Source of the DNA: Mytilus galloprovincialis
Taxonomy: Eukaryota
Length of the DNA stretch: 64,000 bases
Direction of reading: 5' to 3'
Assembly: GCF_965363235.1 (NCBI RefSeq)
Contig: NC_134842.1
Location: 33,912,757-33,976,756, forward strand
Shown: positions 38,925 through 52,437 of the stretch, one piece after another
How positions within the stretch are numbered: position 1 is the first letter of the stretch
Layout of the letters: each line of letters starts with the position of its first letter
Position numbers and translations under genes: made by a program
The notes under the pieces: model-generated
What the model was told of the DNA's origin: nothing
Databases searched by the model: none
What the model saw: the letters and a program-made list of their open reading frames with translations, nothing else

Positions 38925-39625
38925 ATTTTTTTTTGTAATGCTATGTACGTTATTATGGTCATCAAAACACTGTCAAGTATATTATATAGGGAGTTCGAGT
39001 GTCTAATACAAATTGATTCCCATAGTGCAAAATAGAAGCACAAGTTAGAGGTCTGTTAACTACCCCTTTCGTCAGATAACAGATCTTGAGACATATATTT
39101 TATAATTTGTTATATCATAGTTCGTTTCTGTGTGTGTAACATTTTTACGTTGTGTTTCCGTTGTGTCGTTTGTTTTCTCCTATATTTGAGTGTACTATAA
39201 GACGTGTCACGGTACTTTTCTATCCCAAATTCATGTATTTGGTTTTGATGTTATATTGGTTATTCTCATCGGATTTTGTATAGTCCGTTGCTGTGTGTGT
39301 TACATTTTAATGTTGTGTCGTTGTTCCCCTCAGTTTTAGTTTGTTACCCCGATTTTGTTTTTTTGTCCATAGATTTATGAGTTTTGAACAGCGGTATACT
39401 ACTGTTGCCTTTATTACGACAGTTTAAAGGCTGTTTTTTGTAATGCTATGTACGTTATTATGGTAATCAAAACACTGTCAAGTATATTATATAGTGAGTT
39501 CGAGTGTCTAATACAAATTGATCCCCATAGTGCCAAATCGAAGCACAAGTTATATAATTAGAGGTTTACTAACTATCCCTTTCGTCAGATAACAGATCGG
39601 TTGAGACATACATTTTATAATTTGT
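38925..39625. repeat. Pair of ~190-bp direct repeats (38925-39115, 39424-39625) flanking ~300 bp that holds another short duplication
   Basis: Direct reading (ttgtaatgctatgtacgttattatggtcatcaaaacactgtcaagtatattatatag…). Confidence 0.6.
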
Positions 39626-42600
39626 TACGACAGTTTAAAGACTGTCAAAACGACATACAGTCATTATTATTTACGACTAGAATTAGGCGCTCATCTCTTT
39701 ATATACGTTAAAATAGATCTGAAAAGATCAATTAACTTTGACCCAAATATCAAATTTTGACAGATTTATATTTTTCGTTGTCACATCCATCCATTTTAAA
39801 TTTAGAAATTTAATATATCAATTTCTATTCTGTAAAGAGGTTAAGTAAATTAAAACATGAGGTTGCTTAAAATGACAAGCGTAGTTTTCCAAATTGTCCC
39901 TTCTCTGTAGAGACTCAGCGTCCATATAATTTTACGTCAAATAAAACTGGAATCACTGGTCATTTAATTAAAGCAATGGCATATGATTTTCAATAAAAGT
40001 TTGTCAAAATTTGACAAAAACCAATAAATTATTATTTAGTTAAAGTTTCAATCTCAATAATTGATTCAATAATTGACATGTGCGATTTAGAAATATAATT
40101 TATCAGAAAGAATTCTTAAGAAAAGGTGTTTTGAAACATTTGTTAGCTAGCAAGAGCTAGCGTACAGATTGAACAATGTAATATGTTACGGAAAAATTCG
40201 ATTCGAATAAACGGAGGAAAGAGTGAATGGCTAATATCAAATACTGAACAAATTGGTTGTGGTACTTTAGATTATATATATTCTATCTATGGCGTATATT
40301 AATCGTCCTTGTGAATGAACCACAAAAGTGTGTCTTAAAGAAGAAAAAAACATGGACAAGTTGAGCTAAAAATTATACCAAAAGAAATTACAGTAACCGC
40401 TTAATGATGTCATGTTTATGTATATACAAAAAAATGTATTAAAAAAGGTTATTATTTTCCTGTGGTGGACGTTATCAGTCAAATTGAAGAAAACAAACAG
40501 CATGTTGTTCGGTGTGGTTTTTCTGAATGAGTGTCTACGAATTTCAATACTTATGCAAATGAATAATCTCGTATAAGACATGTACATTTAACATTAATTA
40601 ATCTTAAAACATTACCTTACATTTTTAATCCTTTTCGTTATTTATTGCGTAATACAGACATTTGAATGTTAAAAGAAGGGTTTTCAACATACTGAAAAAT
40701 TTAAAACAAATTGAGCAAAGACTATCTTTTCAGAATTATAAATAAAACAAAATGCAATCATTACAGTTACTTATTATGTACATGTACAATGCAATAATTT
40801 TAGGTAATAAAAAAAGCAAAATATATACATAGTTCGATGGTGTTAAGGAATTAAAAATGAAACAGAACGAAATTATACGAAATAAACGATGTACATAATT
40901 GAAAAATAGTGCAAATACAGATAAATTTAATAGTAAAATATTTTACATGTTAATTTACAGAATTAGATAAGGAAATGGCAAAAACAAAGTAAAAAATAAG
41001 AAAATGTTGAACCACTAACTAGACCTTCATAAAATGCAATTACACGAACAATTTTATATAAAAAAAATTATAACTGTTATCGGCATCATGCTATATGGAT
41101 ACAAGAAGATGTGGTATAAATGCCAAAAAAAACAACTCTCTATCCAAGTCACAATTTGTAAAAGTAAACCATTATAGGTCAAAGTACGGTCTTCGGCACG
41201 GAGTCTTAGCTTGCACCGAACATCATATATTCTTATGAAGTCATAAAGAGTATCAATTTCACCAAAGACAAATTTAAATTATATATTTTCGATTCGTTAC
41301 TGACGCAAGCGAATGATATGAAACATATTTGGCAAGGTTAAGCTAAATTAGAATATTAATATAAACATAAAATTTGAATATCATGATGTTCATAATTGCA
41401 TCTATATGTCATTGACGTCTTAATCGTGTATTAAAACAAAAGTAAAAACAGTATATAAAGTTGACAAGTATTAGCATTTGAAATTAATTTGTTTGATAGC
41501 GACCTGCCGTACCAAATGACGCCCTTTTATATTTTTTTGTTTTATTGCGTAACATAAGATGTCGTCTTTGTTTACCGAAGAAAAAAAATCGAATTATCTC
41601 GAACTAATTTTCAACTGTGGATAGGTTTTCACCGCGTAATGCAAAGAACAAATTAAAAAGACTCTTATTTAGCATTAATCTTTGTAGATTATTTGCAAGG
41701 GCTTCGGTGGTTACTAGAACGCGTGGAAAGGAACGTAAAAAGAAGTTAAATCAGATAGAGTGGCGATTTCCGAGTTCTCATGCATATATTTAGTGCATCG
41801 TATAAGAAATGCATGTAAACATCTAAAAATAAAATAACATTCAAAATGTTTATATTTTCTTTATTTCAAATTTTTACCCTGTTAATGCATATTAATATAA
41901 AACCTTCACCATAAAATGACAAAAAGTTAAATAATTTCTTTACCTGATTATTTAGTAAAATCCCAATACATATAGAAAATGATCAATATATTTTTTTTGG
42001 TGAATGACAGATACTCCTAGTAAGTAATAATAGATAGTCTGACTATGCGTGACAATAGTGTCTTGATATGTAAATGTCAACTCTTGTCATGTTTGAGGGA
42101 AGACAATGTTATTACCGCATTATACTACTGTATATGCAGGTAGATGTGCACATTGTGAAATAAAATATATGTACCGAGAGTATAAATGTGTTAAACTGAC
42201 TTAACGGGAGACAAATCTGTCATTATTTACTGCGGAATCGTAACACAATATGAATAAACATTACATGTCAAGGATTTTATTTGATTTTAGCAAGCGAACA
42301 CCTCGAAATTATAAGGTCAGATTTTATATGGTGTAACCTTATTTGTTATGATTTATTGGATACTAATTTTTTATTTCATAATATCATTTTAGATCTTTTT
42401 TTCTAATATCAAAAATAAAAGGGTTTTTTTTTTTTAATATAGTCTTATTTTTATTTATTTTTATTTATTTTTATTTATTTTTATTTGCCCAAAGCTTCAT
42501 TTTAAGTATTGGATGTTCGAATACATATTTTCTTGCTGGGTACGTCGCTTTTAATTTGCTCCTTTCTTATATTTACCTCGAGATTTTGATATTTTATTAT

Positions 42601-45600
42601 GCAATTTGACAATTTGTATCAATATATGACCTCAACACCAATTTTTATCCAAGCTAAAATAACTGAGAGCAGTCAACATTCTATGTAAAGATACCATAAA
42701 CATTCATACATTCTGGCAAGATCAACATAAGGTCATTTGTTTTGTTCAACATTAATTTCATTATAAGTATGGATTTTGCTCATTATATAATGCTGTGTCA
42801 ATTTATGTACTTAAAACCTTTCGCCATCATGCTTGTGTCAAACCTAAAAACGACAACACTACAAGAGGGCGGATGGAAGTAAATGTCTTATAACAACAAT
42901 GTTTCTTTCTTTAAAGTCAACATGAACAGCAGTTGAGTTAAACACTTAACTTTCGGTCATCACAAGTTGATAAAGTTTAACTATGATGATATAGTCTGAT
43001 AGTTTTCCTTTTTTTTAAATACACGAATTGTATCAAGCTGCTTTAAGAATTTAAGGCAAAGATTTTTAAATTCTATCCAAGAAAACAAATCTCTATCGTT
43101 TACCGAATATTTTTTCCCGATTTTGTGGTTTGTACAGTGGACCTGCCAAAGAATATGTGAACAGCTTTACTTAATTTAATGTGGTACAAAACACTACATG
43201 GATATAACTCTATAAAATCAGCTGAACGTTTTCAACACGTTAGATATTGTTTATGAAATATTAAGATCTCGATTATGAAAAAAAGTGTTCGCCAAACTAC
43301 TATATATCCAAATGAATTTTTTTTTCAGACAAAATGTGTGGTTCATTTTTTTAAAATATTTTTGTCAAATGGTCAAAGTATAAATACTTTGTCAATATTT
43401 TAAGAAAATTAAACGAGCCAAATTAATTTTAGTTACGATTACGGGTAAACTGTCATATAAAAAGAGCAACCGTCCAAACAACTTAAAAGATTAAAAGGCA
43501 TATGCCCATAGTGTTTGGAGCGCAAATGTCCTTTCGTGTAACAGGTTAAAAAGCACAAACGTCCCAGACCCTTTATATACCTGTCCAATATCACGAACCT
43601 GTATGTCAGTGGTTGTCCTTGCTTCTTGTCTGTGATATTTGCAAATCCTAAACAAATTTTGGTTGTAAATCAGGTACTACGATGGATTTCTAAACTTAAG
43701 TAGTTTTATGCATACGGGCCCTGGCTCTTAGTTTTCGCAATTGAATTATTTCATTTTTTTCTTGTCAGGACGTTTACAGCCAACTATACTGTATGTTTTT
43801 TTTTCTTATTGTTGAAGGCCGTACAGTTCCCCATTATTACTTCCCTCACTCTATTTGAACTTTGATGGGTAGTTGTCTCATTGGCGCAAACATACCACAT
43901 CTCCATATTTTTACATGTGTGTATAACATTAAAATTTAGGTAGGTTTTAATTTATTAATAACAAAATTAACACTCATACCGATGAAAATAATATTCAAAG
44001 ATATAATTACAGTGTTGAATTTTGTGACTTTTTAAAATAAGTTTATTGAAATGTTCAATAAATTTACCAAGATTGTATCTAAGTTTATGTACTCGGTAAA
44101 CAATATCACCGTATAATTAAAGTATGTGCTATGCCGTTACAATAATTTTTCTATAGGTAGTACCAAACGTCCAAACCAAACCTGTGTACTTATTAAATAA
44201 TTTATCAAGGGTTTTAAGTAATTTGTACTTTCTCTTCTTGCCTTAATAATTTACCAGTAATGCCTAGATTATGTTCGAAACTGTTCGAAACGTCACAGTG
44301 ACTATAGACCGAGTTGGGATATATAAATTTCTGGCGCCGAACAAACATACTTGTCCCAAAAAGGAAAATAAGTCCGGCATACTATACATCGGTGTGTGTC
44401 AATTTGACTCTTATCATGTTTTATTTAAATTCAAATGCTTGGCAATTTTCTGAAATTCTTATCTTAGTGTTGTTTACATAGGGTTTTTTTATTATTCATT
44501 TTGCTAAGAAGAGTTTCAACAGAAGAAATTGTATCAGTAAAATATTTTAGTCATTATTAATTCGGAAGTCACTCAGTTTCTCCTGTTTGCCAAAATTATT
44601 GAAGATTCTCCGGAAAGATAATCAGTACGGGTTACTTATGAGAGAGGTCATTGACCTTACACAAGTCATTGATTATTCAGTTACTGGAAAGACAAACATC
44701 AAATAATAGTAGATTTGTTAAAATATCCTGTCTATCCCGAAGACATTTCGAAATTCAATAAATCACAATAACTGAAAACAGGGGAACTTAAACAATAGAA
44801 TAACAAAAAGACCGAACTCCATGGAAAATTCAAAAAGGGAAATCCTTTATCAAATGGCAAATTAAAAAACTCAAACACATCATACGAATGGAAAACTACT
44901 GTTAAAATCTTTACTTGATACAGGCATTTCCTTGTCTTAATAATGGTGGATTGAACCTGGTTTTATACTAGCTTAACCTCTCACTATAAATCGCTGTGGA
45001 TGAACACTGTAATTGAGAATTAATATAAGTAATTCCGTCTTTAATTGTGAAACTCTTCATGTTATTTATTGTATTTAAACAGGGGATAAGTACTTTTAAA
45101 ATCCTATGCTTTTATTTTTACAAATTATATTTTCTTTTTTTAATATACTTTATTTTAACAGAGAACAGTAAACAAATTACTAGAAAGCCTGTGCAACTAA
45201 AGATAACACATCTCTTTAAATTTTGGCCTCCGATATATTAATATTTTTACCCTAAAAAAATGTCTAGTGATTTTCTTGCAATTTGTAGGTTTTTTTTTAA
45301 ATTTTAAACGTGATTGCAGTTTTATTGAAGATGTTGGTGGCCAATCTGTGTCTTTACTAAAGTTAGAAAACGTTTTACATTTTTGCTTTCCGAAGTAAAG
45401 TCTTGAGCATTCATGGTGACGGTTTAACAAGCTCTTCAGCGCTTATGTTTGTAATTGTATTGCTTATACCGACTCTAAATAACACTTTAAACATGTCTTA
45501 TGTCTGCGCCTGTCTTAATATGATGACACCAGTCTATTCAATAACTGTAGTGTCTTGTTTTATAGCATCAGCTCTTCTTAAATCAGTCATAGTCATATAT

Positions 45601-48600
45601 AATTGACTAATTAGTTTCACTAATTATATTCACCAAATCTAATTAGATTTTACCGGAATAATTTAGTGATTTTTCTTACCTTTGATCTTTGAAATTTTCT
45701 TTCCCCGTCACTGGAAATTAAACTCTTTCCTTGAAGTCTATAATGTGTGACTGTTCATCGTTGCATTTGCGAACATGGTGCTTTCGTCTTAACTGTAGTA
45801 CAACCGTTTGTATACTTTGTATAAGTCGTTATTTGCAATGGGGCGAAATGCTGCATTAAAGTTGGGACTAAAATAGTGTAGATCTCTAACTGCTGCCATC
45901 TGATTACTTTGCGTCCGTCGCTTTATTTTGCTTATATCGGACACATTTCTGAATCCATTTATTAGCCTAGGATGTCACCATAATCCACGATTTAAACCAA
46001 CAACGTGACAGTATCCTCTTAATTTATGGTTATAATTGTTAATGCATGATCCAAAAGAATTAAGTAGTTTTTAAGTTCACGAATAATAAGATATGATAAA
46101 AAAAAAATAACTAAATTAGAAAAACACTTCACAATAATATTTTATGACAAACAGACAATTACTTAGCATTAATTCGTTTTCGTAAAAAAGAAAGCATTCA
46201 CATTCCAGGCTCATGGTATCTTTTAAACGAATGTATCTTTTTCACAGAAACAGATGTTATCCGCATGGAAATCCGATTCACTTTTGCATCACAAAGGTAA
46301 AATCTATTTACCTTCGACTCAATAAAATGCCTTGGTCAATAACATTTAAAGGAAACTCCAGAACATACTGAAATGCCACAAGTAGACAGTCGTGCATTTC
46401 CAAGTTCTCTTATTTATTTATTATTTGGTTGGTCTCCCTAAAATTACTAAATTTCACTGTGAAAGTCATCTTTTTAATCCCTTCTGATATATATCTGATG
46501 AATTTTATTTCAGAAACACGAGTCATGACATATGAAGAAAAACATATCATGTTTGGTAGACAGCAACCCAACACCACAAATAGACAAAATTATCTGAAGA
46601 ACAACATAAAAAGACTTCACTCAAAACACGCAAGAAGTCTCCGAAAACTCAAAACACTCAAGAGGACACCGACAACTAAAAACACTCAATAAGACTCCGA
46701 TATCTTGAAACACTCAAGACCCAGATAACCCAAAGCACTAAGAACAACAACGACAATTTAAAGCATTTAACAAGACTCAGACAACTAAAAACACCCAACA
46801 AGACTCAGACAACTAAAACACCCAACAAGACTCAGACAACTCAAATAAAGACGATGATAAATGTGATTCAATGTGATAATTTCAATCTTAAAAATTGAGA
46901 ATGGAAATGGGGACTATATTAAAGAGACAACAACCCGACAAAAGTGCAAACAAGTCGGAGGCCACCAATGGGTCTTCACCGCAGCGAGAAAAATTCCCAC
47001 ACCCGGAAGATGTCATCAGCTGGCCCCTAAATAAAATTGTGTACTAGTTCATGATCAGTGAAAATGGACGTCACACTTAAATCCAAAATATATATAAATG
47101 AACTAATTAAAAATTAAAACACATACAAGACTTACAAAGTCCAGAGGCTTCTAACTTGGGACAGGCGCAAAATAGCGGCGAGGTTAAACATGTTTTTTGA
47201 GATCCAAACCCCCTTCCCCTATACCCCTAGCCAATGTAGAATAAAGAAACACATAACAATATAATAATTTACATATTCTCTAATGAATCATCTGACTGAG
47301 ATACGATTCTTCATTACTTTGATAAGAACAGGGGATGTAAGTGTTCATTGCAAGTCAAACTTTGACTTCTGAATAAGGGTTGTGCTCAGTTTTTAAGTAT
47401 TTAGTCTGCAATGACTTTCTGTGACACCTAGGAATATGAAAACATGGAAAACATATCAAACACTGTCGACCTTGCGTTCTGTACTGAGATTTTTGTTGTG
47501 TGCGTTTTTAATGGAATGAACAATCAACAATTACGCACTAAATAAGTCCGTTAGTTTTCTCGTTTAAATTGTTTTACATTGTCATTTCGGGGTCTTTTAT
47601 AGCTGACTATGCGGTATTGGCTTTGCTCATTGTTGAAGACCGTACGGTGACCTGTAGTTGTTAATTTCTGTGTCATTTTGGTCTCTTGTGGAGAGTTATC
47701 TCATTTGCAATCATACCACATCTTCTATTTTTATAAGCAAGTATTATTATAATTTACATTTACGTATTGGGCTACATCGTTGTATGTTTAACTGAACTAA
47801 GTACATATGAACCAAGTATGTTTATGACGAACTGTTTTAATCTGTATTTTGTATGATGTATTGATCTCTTAAATTAAGTTTTGGATGATTAAGTAAAATG
47901 TATCTTTTCGTATTTTTCAATTCATAATAATTATGCTAATAATGTAAAGTATGCCTTTGTGTATGCTTATTCATTTGAAAAAAAAAAACACGCTATAAAA
48001 ATGTTTTATTCCATAAGAGCAACCAAGCATGTTTCTAATTATGCGTCAATAATTAATCGAAACAATTTGAAATGATACATCTAAAATTATAACTGCATTT
48101 GTCCCACTTTCACTTTCCTGATTGTCCCTAATTCTTTTATCATTACATCGTTTTCGTGCCACCCTATTCAGTTCTGGATATTCAATTTATAGTAAAGATA
48201 ACATTAAAACAAGAAATGGTTAATACAAAAATTATTTAAAGATTTTCAAGCCGGGGGGTTTGGGTTGCGAACCACTCCAAAAAAAAAACTAAATCCGCTA
48301 GTGTGTTTGACTATTGACGAAGATAACAAAGGAAGATTAACATGTTTGTGATTCACAAAATCTTTACTCTTAGGTCCAAAATAAACTCACTGTATTTTCT
48401 TTGGTTTTGGTGGGGTTCGTGTAGCTCCGTCTTTATAGTTTTGTCAAGCCATTGTCAGTTTGTTTTCGAATTATGAGTTTGAATATTCCTTTGGTAATTT
48501 TATATACATTGAGTTTATTTTGGACTTCTAAGAGTAAAGATTTTATGCGAACATCGATGTAGGAGAAATTCAAACCTTTGTTCATGTTATTTATAAATAA

Positions 48601-49387
48601 TTTCATTTTTCCATGTGAAGGGAGATAATTCTTGTCTAACATGTATACTTTTTGTCATTTGGTTTGTCCGAAGTGATTTATGCAGTGATTGCTTAAACGA
48701 CGTGTAACTTCCGTGTAAACTTGGGATTTGTCATTGATGCCTTTCCTGTCTATAAAAAATCACGATAGCTAGCTGTCATTGTGACAAAAAAATGATTTTA
48801 CAGGCGTTATTCATTGATTTTATTGAGGAACAAATTATCTGAACAATAAAATTGTCAATCTCTACCGTAAAATTGACCAGTCCAGTTCAAGTCGTAGATA
48901 CGACAATACATTACATATATATATATACAATGTTTAATAGACTAAGTATAAAATTGCACATTTAATATGGCATTTATAATTGTTTTTCCTATGCGGGTAC
49001 ATTTCATAAACCATTTTTTATACTTGAGAGGGCGAAGTATGTAATTTTCATATAATACGAGTGTCTACATATAAAAAAAGATGTGGTACGGTATGATTGC
49101 AAAAATACAGTTGATTATGTTCAGTAAGATCAAGTAACCATTTGTTTGCTGTGTGACTTACGTCGCTAGGAATCTGACGAAATTTTATTTTACTAATATT
49201 TATGTTCTTTTTTTGTATTTCAGAGTTGTTGGTCTTTTGGGATTGGAATATTAAAGGATCATAGAATTGCTATGTACATAACAGTTGCCGGCGTCAGGAT
49301 GTGACTTAGCCATGGCAAATATTGTTTTACGATCAGCAAAACTATGTTTTCGACCGTCAAATGTCCGATTGATACCGACACAGTGGC

Positions 49388-49660
49388 GGATCCAGGGGGG
49401 GGGGGGGGGGGTTCCGGGGGTGCGCACCCCCCCCTTTATTTTTGCCGATCAATGCATTTGTATCGGGACATATGTTTTGCACCCCCCCTTTGCCCTGGGT
49501 GCCCTGGGTTAGCACCCCCCCCCCTTTCGAAAATTCCTGCATCCGCCCCTGCGACAGATCCTTCATGTTTTTATCCTCCATTTATGGGCATTGTGTTTTC
49601 TGGTCTGTGCGTCCGTTCGTTCGTTTGTTCGTCCGTTCGTCCGTCTGTCCCGCTTCAGAT
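49388..49660. repeat. Homopolymer-rich GC island: G18 tract, several C8-C11 runs, then a (GTYC)n microsatellite (gtccgttcgttcgtttgttcgtccgttcgtccgtctgtcc)
   Basis: Direct reading; highly atypical composition for this AT-rich window. Confidence 0.8.
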
Positions 49661-49959
49661 TAAAGTTTTTGGTCGAGGTAGTGTTGTATCGGAAGTTGAA
49701 ATCCAATCAACTTGAAACTTAGTATATATGTTCCCTATGATATGATATTAAAAAATCAGACATTTTGTCCCATTTTTTTTTATTTGTATTAATTATTGAG
49801 AACTAATTGTTGCATTAAAAAAAAACATAATAGTTAACAAAACGAAGTAATAAAAACTGGTGTAACATGTTCAAAACACATGTATGCTACATTCAATCAA
49901 AACCCGGCACAAAATTATTTTAAATTAAAGCTTTCAGGTTGTACCAATATGATAAACAA

Positions 49960-50800
49960 AGCAAGTTGAACATATCACTGATAAACAAAGCAACATAACT
50001 CTGATGCATTGATAAACAAAGCAACATAACACTGATACACTGATAAACAAAGCATCATAACACTGATACACTGATAAACAAAGCAACATAACACTGATAT
50101 ACTGATAAACAAAGCATCATAACACTGATATCACTGATAAACAAAGCAACATAACACTGATACACTGATAAACAAAGCAACATAACACTAATACACTGAT
50201 AAACAAAGCAACATAATACTGATACACTGATAAACAAAGCAACATAACACTGATACACTGATAAACAAAGCAACATAACACTGATACACTGATAAACAAA
50301 GCAACATAACACTGATATACTGATAAACAAATCAACATAACACTGACACACTGATAAACAAAGCAACATAACACTGATATACTGATAAACAAAGCATCAT
50401 AACACTGATATCACTGATAAACAAAGCAACATACATATAACACTGATACACTGATAAACAAAGCAACTTAACACTGATACACTGATAAGCAAAGCAACAT
50501 AACACTGATATACTAATAAACAAAGCCACATAACACTGATATACTGATAAACAAATCAACATAACACTGATACACTGATAAACAAAGCAACATAACACTG
50601 ATACACTGATAAACAAAGCATCATAACACTGATACACTGATAAACAAAGCAACATAACACTGATACACTGATAAACAAAGCAACATAACACTGATATACT
50701 GATAAACAAAGCAACATAACACTGATACACTGATAAACAAAGCAACATAACACTGATACACTGATAAACAAAGCATCATAACACTGATACACTAAGTACC
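49960..50800. repeat. Satellite: 36-bp unit (ctgataaacaaagcaacataacactgatacact) × ~23
   Basis: Direct reading; a degenerate older array of a related unit (cactgacacataaagcagtataaca) continues 50800-51150; track ORFs 50055-51144 are repeat artefacts. Confidence 0.85.
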
Positions 50801-51852
50801 TAACACTGACACACAGAGCAACCTAGCACTGATACACAAGGCGGTATACCACTGACACAAGAGGAGTATAACACTGAAACAAAAAGCAGTATAACACTGA
50901 AACAAAAAGCAGTATAACACTGGCACTCAAAACAACATAACATTGACACACAAAGCAGTATAACACTGACACATAAAGCGGTATACCACTGACACAAAAG
51001 GATTATAACACTGAAACAGAAAGCAGTATAACACCGACACTCAAAACAACATAAAGTTGACACATAAAGCAACATCACACTGACACTCGAGGCAACATAA
51101 TACTGACCCACACAGCAACAAAACACTGACACATAACGCAACATAACACGGACACATGAAGCTATTGATCACTGAATATACCATTGCCCAAGGTTATAGG
51201 ACCTTTTACATTATATGCATGTCTATCTCGTCAGTAGCCTCTGATTCAGTGGTTGTTGTTTGTTGCTGACTGTTGTATATGTGCTGGTTGATTGTTTTAT
51301 TATTGTTTAGTCCGTTTGTTTTTTGTTTTGTTTTGGTTTTTTTATTAAATGCTGTATTATATCATGTCGAGGAGTTATAAGACTGACTGTACATTATTGG
51401 TTTGGCTCATTGATGAAGGCCGTACCATGACTTTTTAGTTCTTAAATGCATAATATTTGGACTCTGTTCGATGGTTGTTTCAATATAAATCATACCGGTA
51501 TTACATCTCCTTATTTTATATAACTTGCTGATAAAGAAAGCAACATACCGCTGATTAACAGATAAACATAACTACTTATTGCTGATAAACAAAACAAAAT
51601 TTTGTTGATAAGCAAAACCATTCTCAACAGCTTTATGCAACGGATTAAAACATCAAATTCAAAATTACAGACACTCGTCAGGGGAGATAATGTTTAACAG
51701 TCATGCAACGCAATGTTATTGTAACATTTGAGAATTGGTTAAAACATATTTCAACCTCATTGCTTATGAGCAGCCACAAGCTACATATCAGTTATTTATT
51801 TTCAGACATTTTTTAATACTTTTGCATATAAATAACAATTCTTATACTACAA

Positions 51853-51858
51853 TTTATT
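51853..51858 (-). terminator. Polyadenylation signal AATAAA (minus) ~210 nt downstream of gene 3 stop
   Basis: Plus-strand tttatt at 51853-51858, downstream of stop at 52070 on minus. Confidence 0.35.
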
Positions 51859-52069
51859 TAGCACTAGGCTGACAACATCTCACTATTTGTTCTCCTCATA
51901 CAAAGTAAGTTTTCTGAAATTTCTCATCCATTTACCGACATTCTCCGAATGGACTCAGTTTTTGTGTTAAAGGCAAATTTGAAATTTCATATATTCAGGA
52001 TTTCGATATCTTAGTTTGTAATACATTATCCCTTCAAAGGTCATAAAACGGACGGTTTGATTTGTCTTC

Positions 52070-52437
52070 TCAGTGAAATATGCAATTAACTTTGTACTCT
52101 TCCTCGCAGATTTTGGTTTCATTATTAAAATACAGATCACGTGGACACTTTTGAACATATGGAATATTGTCGAAACAATTTAAAAACTTTTTGCAGGTTT
52201 CTGGATGCGGAAACAGACCCATGTGACTTGGACACGTGATCATTGAGTAACATGGAACTGCATCTTTATGATTGCAAGCTTTAATAGAGTTGTCAAAGAG
52301 CATCCCTGTTGGACATCTTTCACGAGCAGGAATATTCAAATCACATTTAAATAGGTAGGCACAATTATAAGGATCCTGAAATATTGCATTTAGGGAGGGG
52401 CAAATAACTGGTGGGTTCGGACTTGGTTTCCAAAATT
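52070..52437 (-). CDS. Gene 3 last exon: two tandem ChtBD2 domains plus stop (…PPVICPSLNAIFQDPYNCAYLFKCDLNIPARERCPTGMLFDNSIKACNHKDAVPCYSMITCPSHMGLFPHPETCKKFLNCFDNIPYVQKCPRDLYFNNETKICEEEYKVNCIFH*)
   Basis: Minus acceptor ttttctttacAG (plus 52438-52445); stop at plus 52070-52072; two complete 6-Cys ChtBD2 patterns; the track's M at 52339 is a TTG codon, not a real start. Confidence 0.7.

Noticed and set aside
49285-49715. Overlapping ORFs encoding Gly/Pro-rich peptides
   Set aside because: Generated by G18 and poly-C homopolymers, on both strands and in several frames at once; compositional artefact.
50055-51144. Minus-strand ORFs encoding Cys-rich repetitive proteins (CLSVYQCYVALFISVSVLC…)
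   Set aside because: They are read-through of the 36-bp satellite. Periodicity equals the repeat unit, with no splice or start context.
49960-51150. CRISPR-like appearance of regularly spaced repeats (also 3700-4500, 12192-12462, 54040-54610)
   Set aside because: Units are contiguous tandem repeats with no unique spacers, in clearly eukaryotic DNA with spliceosomal introns, AATAAA and TATA signals. No cas-like ORFs anywhere.
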